Source: the human T2T-CHM13v2.0 reference genome, Homo sapiens. From it: a DNA stretch of 64,000 nucleotides. Positions within the stretch are counted from its first letter, which is position 1. Each line of letters starts with the position of its first letter. The notes beneath the pieces are model-generated. The model made no database searches and was not told the DNA's origin. It saw only the letters and a program-made list of their open reading frames with translations. Both the position numbers and the translations under genes were made by a program. The stretch is taken from assembly GCF_009914755.1 (NCBI RefSeq), contig NC_060931.1. The stretch is one strand, 5' to 3'. Positions 47,292 to 62,427 of this stretch are shown piece after piece.

Positions 47292-48900
47292 TGCCATCAC
47301 CCAAGGGGTTCTTCCTGCCAGCTGCTTAAAGACCACCTCATTGTACTAGAGAAAGAGTTAATAGACACGAGGCTGGCCATGCCACACTGGGAGATGGAAT
47401 TGGTACTCTAATCATCTCTTTCAAAGCTCCTAGGTTAGGGGTGTTTCAAAGGCCGTTTGGGGGAAGAGGTGGGGGTGGCCAGGTAACGGGTGCCTGCTGC
47501 TCATTGGTTGGGGCAGAAATGAAATCATAGTGGGTAGAAGCTGTTCTTCTGAGGACTGAATCACTTCTGGATGACGCCACAGCAGCAGGATTGGTGGTCC
47601 AGTTGGAGCCATTAGGTTTAGGTAGAACCATGGATATCAGACATGCAAAAAAAGGAAAGAGGTCCTGATTCAGACCCCAAGAGAGGGTTCTTGGATCTCA
47701 CACAAGAAAGAAATCAGGGCAAGACCACAGATGCAAAGCAAAATATATCTCAAAAGACCAGTCTACCATAGTGGTATTATTTGCAGGAGCAATTGGGGAA
47801 GCTGTGTCTGATAACCTCCAGAATCACGGCTGACAATCATTCATTTCTGAGCCTTAGCAGGACTCAGGTTCCTCTTCTCTGACTAGCCTGATGGGCTGCA
47901 ATTAGCTTTCCAAAAGCAGTTGAGTTCTGGACAAGGCCTATTATCCTTTAAGCTATAGCCTAATAGTCTTTCAAAGTTAGCCTGACCGGATAGCCCAGGG
48001 ATAATTAAGACAAAGGCAAGATGTGGGGGTGGGTTAACTTAGCTTTCTCTTATACTTTTTCTCATCTACGGAATTTTTGCAAAGGTGGTTTTTTGTCAGA
48101 GGTGTTCGAACCAGAGTGACTCCATCTTGAGTGAGGGCTAGGAAAATGAGGCTGAGACTTGCTGGGCTGAATTCCCAAGAAGTGAGGTATTCCTAGTCTC
48201 TAGATGTTTACAGTTAAGGGAACAGATTGATAATGTTTATTAAACAGAACCAGACTTGGGAATGTCCAGATATCCCAATATCTTGAGAACAAATGCATTC
48301 CTAATTTTGCTTTAAAGATAATAATATTGATTCTTGCAAAATTTAGTAATTAAGAAAATTAATCCTTTATCACAAACCCTTGTAGCAGAGAACATCCTCT
48401 CATAATCTTTTTTTAACATATATATGATAAAATATCATATATATGAGATATATATATATCAATCATATATATAAATCCCACCTTCAACCAAAGGGAGGGT
48501 GTCACATTATATTGCATTTAATTAAACTTAGCTCTCCATTCTGTTTCTAATTGTGATATTTAAAATTTTAAACTAGACATAAAATGTTTTCATTTTGTCA
48601 AAAAAAGTGTCAATCTTCATAAGGAATCTTTTATCATATATATGATATATATATATTTTATCATATATATGATAAAATAAATATATATATATTCAAGCAT
48701 TGTACCTTGTACCTAGGGTGGACGTGTTCCTCCTCTTACTTTCGGGAACCTCCTACTCTGTCTATGGAGTAGCTGTATTTTTACCATTTTACTTTCTTAA
48801 TAAACTTGCTTTGCAGACTTGCCCTTAATTCTTTCTTGCACAAGATCCAAGAACCCTCTCTTGGGGTCTGAATCAGGACCCCTTTCTTGTAACAGTTTCA
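47292..48900 (-). mobile_element. ERV1 solo LTR (LTR26-like) with MER41 inserted at its very end
   Basis: TSD CCAC at 47288-47291 and 48901-48904; TTTTGCAAAGGTGGTTT..CA terminus. Confidence 0.65.
48094..48894 (+). mobile_element. MER41C/D-like solo LTR with internal insertion
   Basis: TGTCAGAGGTGTTCGAACCAGAG...GACCCCTTTCTTGTAACA. Confidence 0.85.
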
Positions 48901-50036
48901 CCACCATGAGCACCCAGCATTTTCCAGAGCTTCAGATGCAAGCCTCCACTTTAGTACAGGAAAAAGTCATTTGTTTCAGAGTTGGATTACCAGGGCCATG
49001 TGAGATTTAAAAAAATATATATCAGTGGGGCTTCTTGTGAGGGAGGCTTGGGGGGAACTGAGACAGAAAGACCCGCAGACCCCACCTTCAACCAGGAAGA
49101 GGGTGTCACATTCTATTGCATTTGATTAAACCTAACTCTTCATTTGGTTTCTAATTGCGATATTTAAAATTTTAAACCAGATATAAAACGTTTCCATTTT
49201 GTCATAAAAAGTGTCAATCTTTATAAAGAATAGAAGCAACCCCCCCCCACCAAGAACTCCGTAACTGTCCCTTTAATTAGGCACTCATTAATAAATCTAT
49301 CTTGTTCTCAAATCCCCACACACTTGGTACAGTAGTTCATTAGCACAGGAAGAGGCAATTTAGATTTCCTCAGATAATAGCATCTGCCACTAATCAAATT
49401 AAGGCAGGATGTGCAAATGTATCTAAAGCCGGACAAGCTTTGGGTGAGGTGAGGCAGAGGGTCAGGACAAAAAAGATTATCTCTAAAATTACCATCCCGC
49501 ATCCCCAGTATATGAGACAGTTCCTGGTCACCTTATTTTCCTTATGAAAAAAATCTTCAGTGGTCAGAATATTTATGTTGAGATAGGTCTTGTCAAATCT
49601 TGTCACCATACCTCAAAGCCTTAGAAAGTCACTACCAGTGAACTCTCTGAAATCCATTCATTCATTTAATCATGTAATTAATATTGATTCCATTGCCCTG
49701 TACCAGACCTTGGGGAGACAGAAGGAGAAGACAGAGGAAAGGCATTCTTAACTCTGTGTCCCTCGACACATGGAGGCAGGTGAAACCATACACCTGCCCA
49801 ATCCCAAATGCTGTCACAGCCACCACCACACGCACACACATTCAGTTATTCATGCCTGCATTCATTGATTTATGGATTGAGCAAGTTCTGAGCCCAGCAC
49901 TATGGTGGGTACTAGAGATACAGCTGTAAACGAACGGAGCATTCTGGAGAGGAGACCGGCTATCCACTGTAAGGTAGTTCAGGTGATATGAAGACAATAC
50001 ACTAAGATTGCTCTATTGAGAGGGGTACAGGACAAT

Positions 50037-50587
50037 TGTTACTGGAAAGGGCTCTGATCTAGACCCCAAGAGAGGCTTCTTGGATTTCTCGCAAGAAAGA
50101 ATTCAGGGCAAGTCCATAGAGTAAAGTGAAAGCAAGTTATTAGGAAAGCAAAGAAATAAAAGAATAGCTACTCCATAGACAGAACAGCCCCAAGGGCTTC
50201 TGGTTGCCCATTTTTATGGTTATTTCTTGATGATATGCTAAACAAGGGGTGTATTATTCATGCCTCCCCTTTTTAGACCATATAGGGTAACTTCTTGATG
50301 TTGCCATGGCATTTGTAAACTGTCATGGCGCTGGTGGGAGTGTAGCAGTGAGGATGACCAGAGGTCACTCTGGTTGCCATCTTGATTTTGGTGGGTTTTG
50401 GCCAGCTCCTTTACTGCAATCTGTTTCATGAGCAAGGTCTTTATGACTGGTATCTTATGCTGACCTCCTATCCCATCCTGTGACTTAGAATGACTTAACT
50501 GTCTGGGAATGCAGCCCAGTAGGTCTCAGCCTCATTTTACCCAGCCCCATTCAAGATGGCGTTGCTCTGGTTCAAATGCCTCTGACA
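50037..50587 (-). mobile_element. MER41A solo LTR
   Basis: TGTTAC...CTCTGACA; TSD CAAT. Confidence 0.9.
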
Positions 50588-50651
50588 CAATGAGAGCACT
50601 TTTCTAGTTTGGGTGGTCAGGAAAGGTCTCTGAGAAGGTGACTTTTGAGAA

Positions 50652-51198
50652 TTAAACAGAGAATTACCATTTGACCCAGCAATCCCATTACTAGGTAATA
50701 TACCCAAAGTAAAACAAATCATTCTCCCCAAAAGAGACCTGCAGTAGCATGTTTATTGTGGCACTATTCACAATAGCAAAGAAATGGAATCAGCTTAGAT
50801 GCCCATCAACAGTTGATTGGATAAAGAAAATGTGGTACATATACACCATGGAATACTACACAGCCATGAAAAAGAGTGAAACCATGTCCTTTGTAGCAAC
50901 ATGGATGCAGCTGGAGGCCATTATCCTCATTGAATTAAAAACAGAAACAGAAAGCCAAATACCACCTGTTTTCAGCTGTAAGTGGAAGCTAAACATTGGG
51001 TACACATGAACATAAAGATGGGAACAACAGACAATGGAGACTCCAAAATGGGGGAGGGATAGAGAGGGGCAAGGGTTGAAATGCTACCTATTGGGTACTA
51101 TATTCATTATTTGAGTTATGTGTTCAATTGGAGTCCAAATCTCAGCATCATGAAATCTATCCATGTAACAAACTTGCACATGTATCCCCAAATCTATC
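50652..51198 (+). mobile_element. L1PB-type 3' fragment
   Basis: CCATTTGACCCAGCAATCCCATTACT...; ORF2 C-terminal-like peptide (WIKKMWYIYTMEYY). Confidence 0.85.
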
Positions 51199-51464
51199 TT
51201 TTTTTTTTTTTTAAAGCAGGTGACCATTGAGCAGAGAGCATAATCAGGTGAAGGAGTGAGCCACAAGAGCTGAGAACCATGCGAAGACCTGCAGAAAGAC
51301 CATCTAAAAACCAAAGGAAGAGACTAAGCAAATCCAGCCTAGTTTTGAAGACCACACCCTTACCCAGCAGTCAGGGAACCAAGGAGCCACGCTGAGGTCA
51401 GTGCAAAACCAGGAGCACGGTGACCCAGGGCCTCTGTGATGACAGCCTTTAAAGACAGAAGGAG

Positions 51465-51763
51465 GACTGGATGTGGTGGCTCACTCCTGTAATCCCAGCA
51501 GTTTGGGAGGCTGAGGAGGGCAGATCACTTGAGGTCAGGAGTTTGAGACCAGCCTGGCCAATATGGCAAAAGCCTGTCTCTATTAAAAATACAAAAATTA
51601 GCCGGGCGTGGTGGCGCACGCCTGTAATCTCAGCTACTCAGGAGGCTGAGGCAGGAGAATTGCTTGAACCTGGAAGGTGGAGGCTGCCGTGAGCCGAGAT
51701 TGTGCCACTGCACTCCAGCCTGGGTGACAGAGCAAGACCTTGACTCAAAAAAAAAAAAAAAAA
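51465..51763 (+). mobile_element. AluS
   Basis: Full Alu plus polyA. Confidence 0.93.
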
Positions 51764-52286
51764 AGATGGAAGGTGGGAGAGATTGGGCCTCCTGCTGCTC
51801 AGCTTTGAGTGAGATGAGCAAAGGGAATTTACCGCAGGATTTGGGAGAATGCAGATGGTTGCTGATTTTGGCAAGAGCAGTCTCTATCAGTGATGCAGAC
51901 AAGAACCTGACTGTTGTGGGTTTAAGGGAGACTGTGAGGCAAGTAAGTGGAGATGGCAAAGGCAGACAACTTTGCGGAGGAATAAGGAGCAGAGAAATGG
52001 GGTGATGGCCGGAGGGGATCCCAGGCCTTAGGATGGGCATTGTTTTTAAAGATGTAAGCTGTGTAACACCAGCATCTTCATCAGTGGACAGTAATGGCTC
52101 TGGAAAGAGTGAGAAAGCCCAGAGTGAAGAGGAAATAGTCATTGCAGGAAGGGCTGTGGTCTAGTGGTGGTTCTCCTTCCCTCTTTACAGAGGGGATGGA
52201 GCAGTCTTGCACCTGACTAAGACATTTGTCTTAGAGATCTTAGAGGTATGAGAGAGGATGTTGAGCTGGAAACAATGGGTGATGGA

Positions 52287-52447
52287 TGTTTTAGTCCGTT
52301 TTCACACTGCTATAAAGAACTACCTAAGACTGGGTAATTTATGAAGACAAGTGGTTTCATTGATTCACAGTTCCACAGGCTTAACAGGAGGCATGACTGG
52401 GGGACTCGGGAAATTTACAATCATGGCAGAAGGCAAAGAGGAAGCAA
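52287..52447 (-). mobile_element. THE1 fragment (duplicated copy of the 53163 element junction)
   Basis: Shares ~45 bp of non-LTR flank with the 53163 LTR. Confidence 0.8.
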
Positions 52448-53162
52448 GCTGACAGGACATCAGCTTCTGTTTGGATACAACCAGTGATGGCGAGCTCACT
52501 AGCTACCCAGGCAGTCCTTTTCATTATCGGGTAGCTCTAACAGACACATCAGCTGCATAGGCATCCTTGCAATTTTCCACATTTGCCTTTGAGAGGTGCA
52601 TGAGTAGGATCCTCTCTGTAAAGAGGGAAGGCAGAGAACATGTGTAAAATGCAGCAAGGCAAGTAGATTAGATGGTGCCAAGATGGTGTGATCCTTCCAC
52701 TGCTTTTATTTTCTCAGTAAAATATAAATTCAGGACATTCTGAGAAGAGGCAGGATATGAGAAGTTGGAGGATGTGAGAAAATTGACTCTGGAAATGTAA
52801 GAGGACCCCTTGGTATTGCTGAGGTTTGACGTGGGAATTGTAGTCATCCATTTAAAGTGAGATTTGTCAACACTGTGGTGGGTTGTCTTCAGCTATATTC
52901 AACTGCTGGGGCACAGGGCAGAGGTTGAAAGTTTAGTTGTTTTCCCAGGAAATTAAGATGGAAGGAAAGAGAAACAGGCTAGTGAAGAATGTGAGCAAGA
53001 GAGTGATGACAAGCCTGGAGGGTGGAATCTAAACAGCACCAGGAAGGAAGGGAGGACACTGGAGGTATAACAGAAAAGTGGCAAAGTCAATGGATTGGAG
53101 GGCTCAATGGTGTCAAAATAGAGGTATGAGAGGACATTGAGCTGGAAATAATGGGTGGTGGG

Positions 53163-53535
53163 TGTTTAGTCCGTTTTCAGGCTGCTATAAAGAACTACCT
53201 GAGACTGGGTAATTTATGAAGAAAAGAGGTTTAATTGACTCACAGTTTCACGTGGCTGGAGAGGCCTCAGGAAACTTACAATCATGGCAGAAAGCAAAAG
53301 GGAAGCAAACATGTCCTTCGTCACATGGCAGCAGGAGAGAGACAGAGAGCAAAGGGGGAAGTGCCACCTGCTTTTAAACAACCAGATCTCATGAGAACTC
53401 ACTCCCTATCATGAGAACAGCAAGGGGGATGTTTACCCCAATGATCCAATCACCTCCCACCAGGCCCCTCCTCGACAGATGAAGATTACAATTCCACATG
53501 AGATTTGGGTGGGGACACTGAGCCAAACCATACCG
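53163..53535 (-). mobile_element. THE1C/D solo LTR
   Basis: TAGTCCGTTTTCA..GCTATAAAGAAC...GAGCCAAACCATA; TSD (G/A)TGGG. Confidence 0.88.
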
Positions 53536-54212
53536 ATGGGTGATAGTTGCCATGGTGATTGTTACCACAGTAATAGTTGCCTTCTGCAGGAAGTCTTCAT
53601 GGCATGCGGGTGGTAACACTGAGGCCTGTCATTGTCTTGTTCACATACCAGGGCGAGTTGAAGATGAAGGATGGGACCAAGACAAATGGAGTCCTGAGAA
53701 GTTACTGGATAATGTAGGGAAACTAACAAGTCAGCTTTGCACAACCTCCTCTGAGGATGGAGGATGGAGACTAAATTAAGTTGAACCAGAAATAATGAGG
53801 TAAAGCTGGGGGAAAGATGTTAATCCAAATGGGAATCAAAAGTGGAATCAGATCTGGGAGTGTGAAGCCAGAAGTGAGATGGAAGTCAGAGGGGATAGGA
53901 AGACTATACAGTGTAGATAGAAGTTCAGGCAGAGTCTTCTGAATTCACTGTTGTCCTTGCCAGTTCCATACTCAGGAGTCTCTGTCCTTGGGTCTTAAAA
54001 GCTCATGGTGTGTCTTTTGATGGCAGTAGGGTGTCAATGTCCCATGTATGGGAAACAATATGGTGGGGTGGAGGATAGTGGAGCAGCACCAGGTCAACAC
54101 CCCGGGGCAGGAGCCGCACTGGGCTAAGTAGGACAGGGATCATTTCTGAGGGTGCAATTTAGAAAAAGCCACATTTACCACTTCGCCCTTAATTCAATAT
54201 TTATAGAGTGTT

Positions 54213-54547
54213 GATAAAGACATACCCGAGACTGGGAAGAAAAAGAGGTTTAATTGGACTTACAGTTCCGCATGGCTGGAGAGGCCTCAGAATCATGGCG
54301 GGAGGCAAAAGGCACTTCTTACATCGTGGCTGCAAGAGAAAATGAAGAAAGTGCTAAAGCAGAAACCCCTGATAAAACCATCAGGTCTTATAAGGCTTAT
54401 TCACTACCATGAGAACAATACACAGTATGAGGGAAACTGTCCCCATGACTCAAATTATCTCCCACCGGGTCCCTCTCACAACACGTGGGAATTATGGGAG
54501 TACAATTCAAGATGATATTTGGGTGGGGACACAGCCAAACCACATCA
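54213..54547 (-). mobile_element. THE1B solo LTR (one end truncated)
   Basis: GATAAAGACATACCCGAGACTGGG...GGGGACACAGCCAAACCACATCA. Confidence 0.88.
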
Positions 54548-54700
54548 CAGGGCAATGAGATAGTCAAAGTGATTAAGCAAACTAAATGCAGTTAGAAACA
54601 GTGAGTTCTAGACTCAGTTCTGCCATTAAATAATTATTAATTTAACTTTTGACAGCAGATCAAATAACTGCAACAGAATGTTGGGAGATGTTATAGTTGA

Positions 54701-55008
<308 letters not shown>

Positions 55009-55112
55009 GAGAACAGTGTTTTTCTAATATTAGTGTGTGTAAGACTTACTGGGTAAACTTACAAAGTACAGAATCTTAGGTCTCATGATGGAATGTGCCA
55101 GGAATTTCATTT

Positions 55113-55408
55113 CATTTCTTTCTTTCTTCTTTTTTTTTTTGGGAGACAGAGTCTCACTCTATTGCCCAGGCTGGAGTGCAGTGGTGTGATCACAGCTCAC
55201 TGCAGGCTCAACCTCCCCACCTCAGCCTCCCAAGCAGCTGAGACTGCAGATACATGCCACCATGCCCAGCTAATTTTTTATACTTTTTGTGGAGAGGGGG
55301 TTTCTCCGTGTTGCCTAGGCTGGTCTTGAACTCCTGAGTTTAAGCAACCCACCTGCCTTGGCTTCCCAAAGTGCTGGGATTACAGGCATGAGCTACCATG
55401 CCCGGCCA
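55113..55408 (-). mobile_element. AluJ inside a MER5-like hAT remnant (55020-55475)
   Basis: Reverse AluJ; flanks resemble MER5 (CATTTCTAACCAGCTCCCA...CCACACTT). Confidence 0.8.
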
Positions 55409-56830
55409 GAAATTTCATTTCTAACCAGCTCCCAAATGATGTTGGTGCCTCTAAACCCCAAACCACACTTAGAATAGCCCCAATCAAGGAGGCATGATGG
55501 GGGTGGGGGCGGGGGGAAGAAGAATCAAAAACACAAGTGGTCAAAGAATACAAAAAGGACAGAGAGAGGTTAAAGATAATTACCATGAACTTCAAAGTTT
55601 ATTTCTCAAGTTGGTCTTTGTGTAGGTAGCCATTCTGTTGGAATTTGAAGCAAGGCTGGATCAGGAAGACCATGCATACTACGGTGATAAGTCTGGACTG
55701 CTTCCTGCCAGCAATAATTTTTGAAAGCAGTGATGGCAATGAGAATCATGCTTTAGGAATATTATTTTGGCAGCAGTTTGCAGGAAAGACTGTTTGGAGT
55801 CATCAGGAGAGAGACTGTAATGAAGGTTATTACTCACTGGGAAATGAGGGGATTATAAAAAGTCATACAGCAGAGGCAGGGCAAAGGAAACAGGAAAATA
55901 AAGTTGAATCCTGGAAATGATGAAAAAGAATAACTGGGCTGAATGACAGATTAGCTGTTTAGATAAAAGTGAGGGCAGAACCTACAATGAATGACTCAGA
56001 GGTTTATTGACCTTCTGAATCTTTTCTCTCTGGGTCAGGATTGGAGAAAAGTCACCAGAAACACACTTTCTTCTATTTGGGCATGAAATGAAGTTTGATG
56101 GATTCTAACTCTGAAAGGAAGAATCAGAGGCAAGCATTAAGAAAATAAATTAATTTGTAAAGAACTTCTGGCTTATCAAATAAAAACATAACAGTTACTT
56201 AAAGTAAAGCCCTCCAAAATGACCAATTTGACAGTTAGTTTGTGGAAAATGATTTTCTTACATAATTCTCATCCCGACAAATGGCGGAACATATATATCC
56301 TTAGATACCAGCATTGTGAAAGTCAGAGATAAGCTTGTTTTGCGGGGAGTCTGCAACATGCTGGAAGTGCTCAAGGTGACCTTAACATGTTGGGTTCTCT
56401 TGGGTTGCAAAGGGATCTGGTTTGCTTTTTGGTTGTGTTTAGATTTTGCTTTCTGATGGTGGGGCTTGAGGTATGACAACTCACACTGGTGCAGACAGTG
56501 TCTTTTCTTTGCTCTTCTCTGATATTCTTGTTCTAAGGAGATGGTTACATAGAATGGAAACACCACTGGGATGGGTCAGGAGACCTTGCTTGGGGACATA
56601 GCAAGTCATTAACTATGGGTTTAGGTTCCTCGTAACAAGGAAATTCTCTTCACAGGCTCCCAGGGGGCTTCCAGAGCTGACACAAGTGTATACATAGAGC
56701 TAGAACTATGTAGAACTGCCGTTGACATCTAAGTGGATAACTACCTTCAAAATATACCGTTTTTTTTACCCAAAATATATCAACCTCATCATGAGCTATA
56801 CAGGATTAATAGTGAATGCCAAAATCCACT

Positions 56831-57630
56831 GTCTCCTCTCCCCTCCCCTCCTCTTTCCCCAGCTTCTCTTACCTCCCCTTCCCTTCCTTCCCCTCCCCTT
56901 CTCTCACCTCCTGTTCTTTCCCTCCCCTCCCCTTCCCTCCCCTCCCATTCCTTCACCTCCACTTCCTTTCCTCCCTCCCCTTCCTTCACCTCCTCTTCCT
57001 TTCCCTCCCCTTCCCTTTCCTCCCTTTCTCTCCCCTCTCCTTCCCTCCCCTCCCTTCCCTCTCCTCCCCTCCCATTCCCTCCCCTTCTGCTCTTCCCCTC
57101 CCCTTCCTTCTCCTCCCCTTCCTTTCCCTCCCCTTCCCTCCCCTCCTGTTCTTCCCCTCCCCTCCCCTTCCTTCCCCATCCCCTTCCCTCCTTTCCCCTC
57201 CCATCCTGTTCTTCCCCTCCCCTTTCCTCCCCTCCTGTTCTTCCCCTCCCCTTTCCTCCCCTCCTGTTCTTCCCCTTCCCTCTCCTTCCTTTCCCTTCCT
57301 TTCCCTCCCATCCCCTCTTCTCCCCTCCTGTTCTTCTCCTCCCCTTCCCTTCCTTCACCCTCCCCTTCCCTCTCTTCCCCTCCCCCCTCCTGTTCTTTCC
57401 CTCCCCTTTCCTCCCCTCCTGTTCTTTTCCTCCCCGCCCCTTCCATCCCCTACCCTTTTGTTCTTCCCCTCCTCTTTCCTTCTCTCTCCTCTTCTTCCCT
57501 CTCCTTCCCTCTTCTCCTCTTCTCTCTCCTTTCCTCCTCCTCACCCTTTCTCTCCTCTCCTCTTCTTTCTCCACTCCCCTTCTCTTCTCCTCTTTTCCCT
57601 TTCCCTCTCTTCTCCCTTCCTTTCCTTTCC
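56831..57630. repeat. C/T-rich polypyrimidine tract (CCCCT/CCTT with recurring CCTGTTCTT)
   Basis: ~800 bp. Confidence 0.95.
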
Positions 57631-58207
57631 ATTCATTCATTATTGTACCCTACTTTTTCCCCCTCCCACCCCCATGACGCACTCCTAGGCTCTCTTTCTC
57701 TCTCTCTCTTGCTCTTACCTTCTGCAGGGGAATAATATAAATTCACCTACATGCATGCCCCAGTATGTCTTCCTATATCTAAATATTTTCTTAATAAATC
57801 TGCTACAAGTAGGTAGCTACCTATTGTACCAATGTCAACATGCAAGGACCACCCTTTTGCATGGAGACACAATCTACAGAAGCCCCTGATGAACCTGTGA
57901 GGTGTTCCAGAAAGGGCTATGCTGTGATAGCATTAGCCAATTCATCAGATGCTCATCAATCATTCTCACAGAGCGCCAAGGCATCCGGAGGCAGGTGAGA
58001 GCAGAGGCCCATCTGAACTTGCCATGAGCTGGGCTCAGTGGGCAGGTAATGCTGGACTCTGACCACTCATGACCATGATGAGCACCTCTGCTTTCTTCTG
58101 GAAAGAGAAAGTAAGTTCTAACCTTGCCTCCATGTTTCTGTGTAACCAATAATCACCTCTTTCTGAGTTCTTAGCTTCCCCAATTATAAAATAAGACATG
58201 GAGAAAG

Positions 58208-58693
<486 letters not shown>

Positions 58694-58754
58694 TTAAGAT
58701 GTGGGGAAAGTTTCCCCCAAGTCCCAGAATGATGATGTTCTGAGTACAAGGTAG

Positions 58755-59219
<465 letters not shown>

Positions 59220-60282
59220 CCCAGCTTAATTATTAATAATGTCTCATTTACTCTCAAAAGTGCCAGGTTTGGATCAAAAATTATGTACTCACCCTATTCA
59301 GGGTGAATGTTTCCTAGGAACATAGAAAAACAGGAACACTCCTGCCTCTACCAAGCATGGGTCTTTCGCAGTGTGTTCTTTTAAAATTTCTTTCTTTCAC
59401 TGAAATTAATCAAATGCAGTCCACCCAATTTGACCACGATAGACAAGCAAGATGCAGTTAGGCAGCAATGCAGAGCAGTGTTCTTCATTCTCTCGGATCA
59501 GAAATCTCAAATGCATTCTTGCATCCAGAACCTCATATTTAGCGAGCTGACATTCACCTTTAGCCATTGCCTAAGGGCGCCATATATTCTAAAATGTTCA
59601 AAGCCAAAAAGCCTTATGCATGCTTTGAAGCCAATATGGATAACATCAGGTTCTGATAAAAATGCTTAAAATAGAATGTGATGGAAAGGTTTTCAATGCA
59701 AGGTATCGCTGTGGAAAAACTTGATGAATGTTTGGGGATTTTTTTTTTTAACTGGGCACTTATGACCAATCTACAATGATGGCTGTCATCCGTAAGGTTG
59801 CAGGTGGGGAAGTGCCAATTCCCTTTCCTGCAGTAAGAGACATAATATTCAGTCTTGTCATTGGTCAGTGAACAGGCATGCTCCCTCTTCCTTCTCACTC
59901 TGAAGAATTCTTTTTCCCAATAGGGCCATAATTTCTTCATCTCAGCTCTGCAACACCTCCATTTTATGAGATTTTGGAGGCTCAAAGCAGCTATCTGCCA
60001 TCCAAAACAGCCTGCCCTTTCATCTTCACCAGAGGGTCTTCTACCCCTTTTCAAACAAGCATTATTACAACAGTTTTATAAAACCCTGACAGAGAGTGCT
60101 CCCTGGTGCCTCTTTGGAAGTCTTCTCAGCAAGCCACACACAGGAATTTCTCCTCTCCTCCTCCCTACTCACCCCCACTCATGGAAGGAGCCAGATATCA
60201 GAAAGAAGGACCAGGAGCCCAGTGCTTGAAAGCCATAAACCACAGGGGAAGCAGAGTGGTAGGCTAATTAATGGCCCCCAAA

Positions 60283-60726
60283 GCTAAGCATCATGGTTCA
60301 CACCTGTAGTCCCAGCATTTTGGGAGGCTGAGGCAGGAGGATTGCTTGAGACCAGGAGCTCGAGAATAGCCTGGACAACAGACAAAGACCCCCATCTCTA
60401 TATATAAAAAAAATTAAACATTAGCTGGGCATGGTGGTGGGTGCCTATAGTCCTAGCTACTCAGGAGGATAAGATGGGAGGATCACTGGAGGCCAGGAAT
60501 TCAAGATCAGCCTAGGCAACATAGTGAGACCCTATCTCTACAAAAATAAAAATATAATTAGCTGGGCATAGTGGTGTGCCCCTATACCCGTAGCTACTAG
60601 GGAGGCTGACAGAGGAGGATCACTTGAGCCCAGCAGTTCAAGGCTGCCGTAAGCTATAATCCAATGATTGTGCCACTGCACTCCATTTGCGCAACAGAGC
60701 AAGACCGTGTCTCAAGGAAAAGAAAA
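60283..60726 (+). mobile_element. AluJ, three-monomer
   Basis: Two A-rich linkers; TSD AATGG(C/A)CCCCAAAG split by LTR8. Confidence 0.8.
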
Positions 60727-60727
60727 T

Positions 60728-61799
<1,072 letters not shown>

Positions 61800-62127
61800 T
61801 GAACCAAGGATCTTAACATGGGGAGATGACCCTGAATTTTCCAGGTGGGTCCTAAATGCAATCACGTGTACCCTTATAGGAGGGAAGCAGAGAGAGATTT
61901 GGCACCTACAAGAAGAAGGGAAAGCCATGTGGCCACAGTAGCAGAGATTGGAGCCATGTGTCCATAAGCCAAGGAGTGCCAGCTGCCACCAGAAACTGGA
62001 AGAGGGAAGGAATGGATGCTTTCCGAGATTGATAGAGAGAGCACTGCCTGGCTGACAACTTGACTTTGACCAGAGATACTGAATTTGGAAATTTGACCTC
62101 TGGAACTGTACGAGAATAAATATGTGG

Positions 62128-62427
62128 TTTTGTTATTGTTGTTGTTTGAGACGGAGTCTTGCTCTGTCACCCAGGCCACAGTGCAGTGGCGTGAACTCGG
62201 CTCACTGCAACCTCTGCCTCCTGGGTTCAAGTGATTCTCCCTGCCTCAGCCTCCCGAGTATCTGGGACTACAGGCATCTGCACCACTCCTGGCTAATTTT
62301 TGTATTTTTAGTAGAGATGGGGTTTCACCATGTTGGCCAGAATGGTCTCGATCTCTTGACCTTGTGATCCGCCTACCTCAGCCTCCCAAAGTGATGGGAT
62401 TACAGACATAAGTCACCACGCCTGGCC
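62128..62427 (-). mobile_element. AluS (Sc-like)
   Basis: Reverse Alu with (TTG)n tail. Confidence 0.92.

Larger units (their letters stand above)
49655..53160 (-). mobile_element. Fragmented L2 (host for MER41A, L1PB, Alu and a complex insertion)
   Basis: L2 termini (CATTCATTCATTT) and L2-like body at 51765-52160 and 52583-53160. Confidence 0.5.

Noticed and set aside
50749-51009. ORF resembling a real protein (WIKKMWYIYTMEYY)
   Set aside because: C-terminal remnant of L1 ORF2 in a truncated L1PB.
56722-57735. 337-aa proline-rich ORF and overlapping ORFs
   Set aside because: Polypyrimidine low-complexity DNA; no coding signature.
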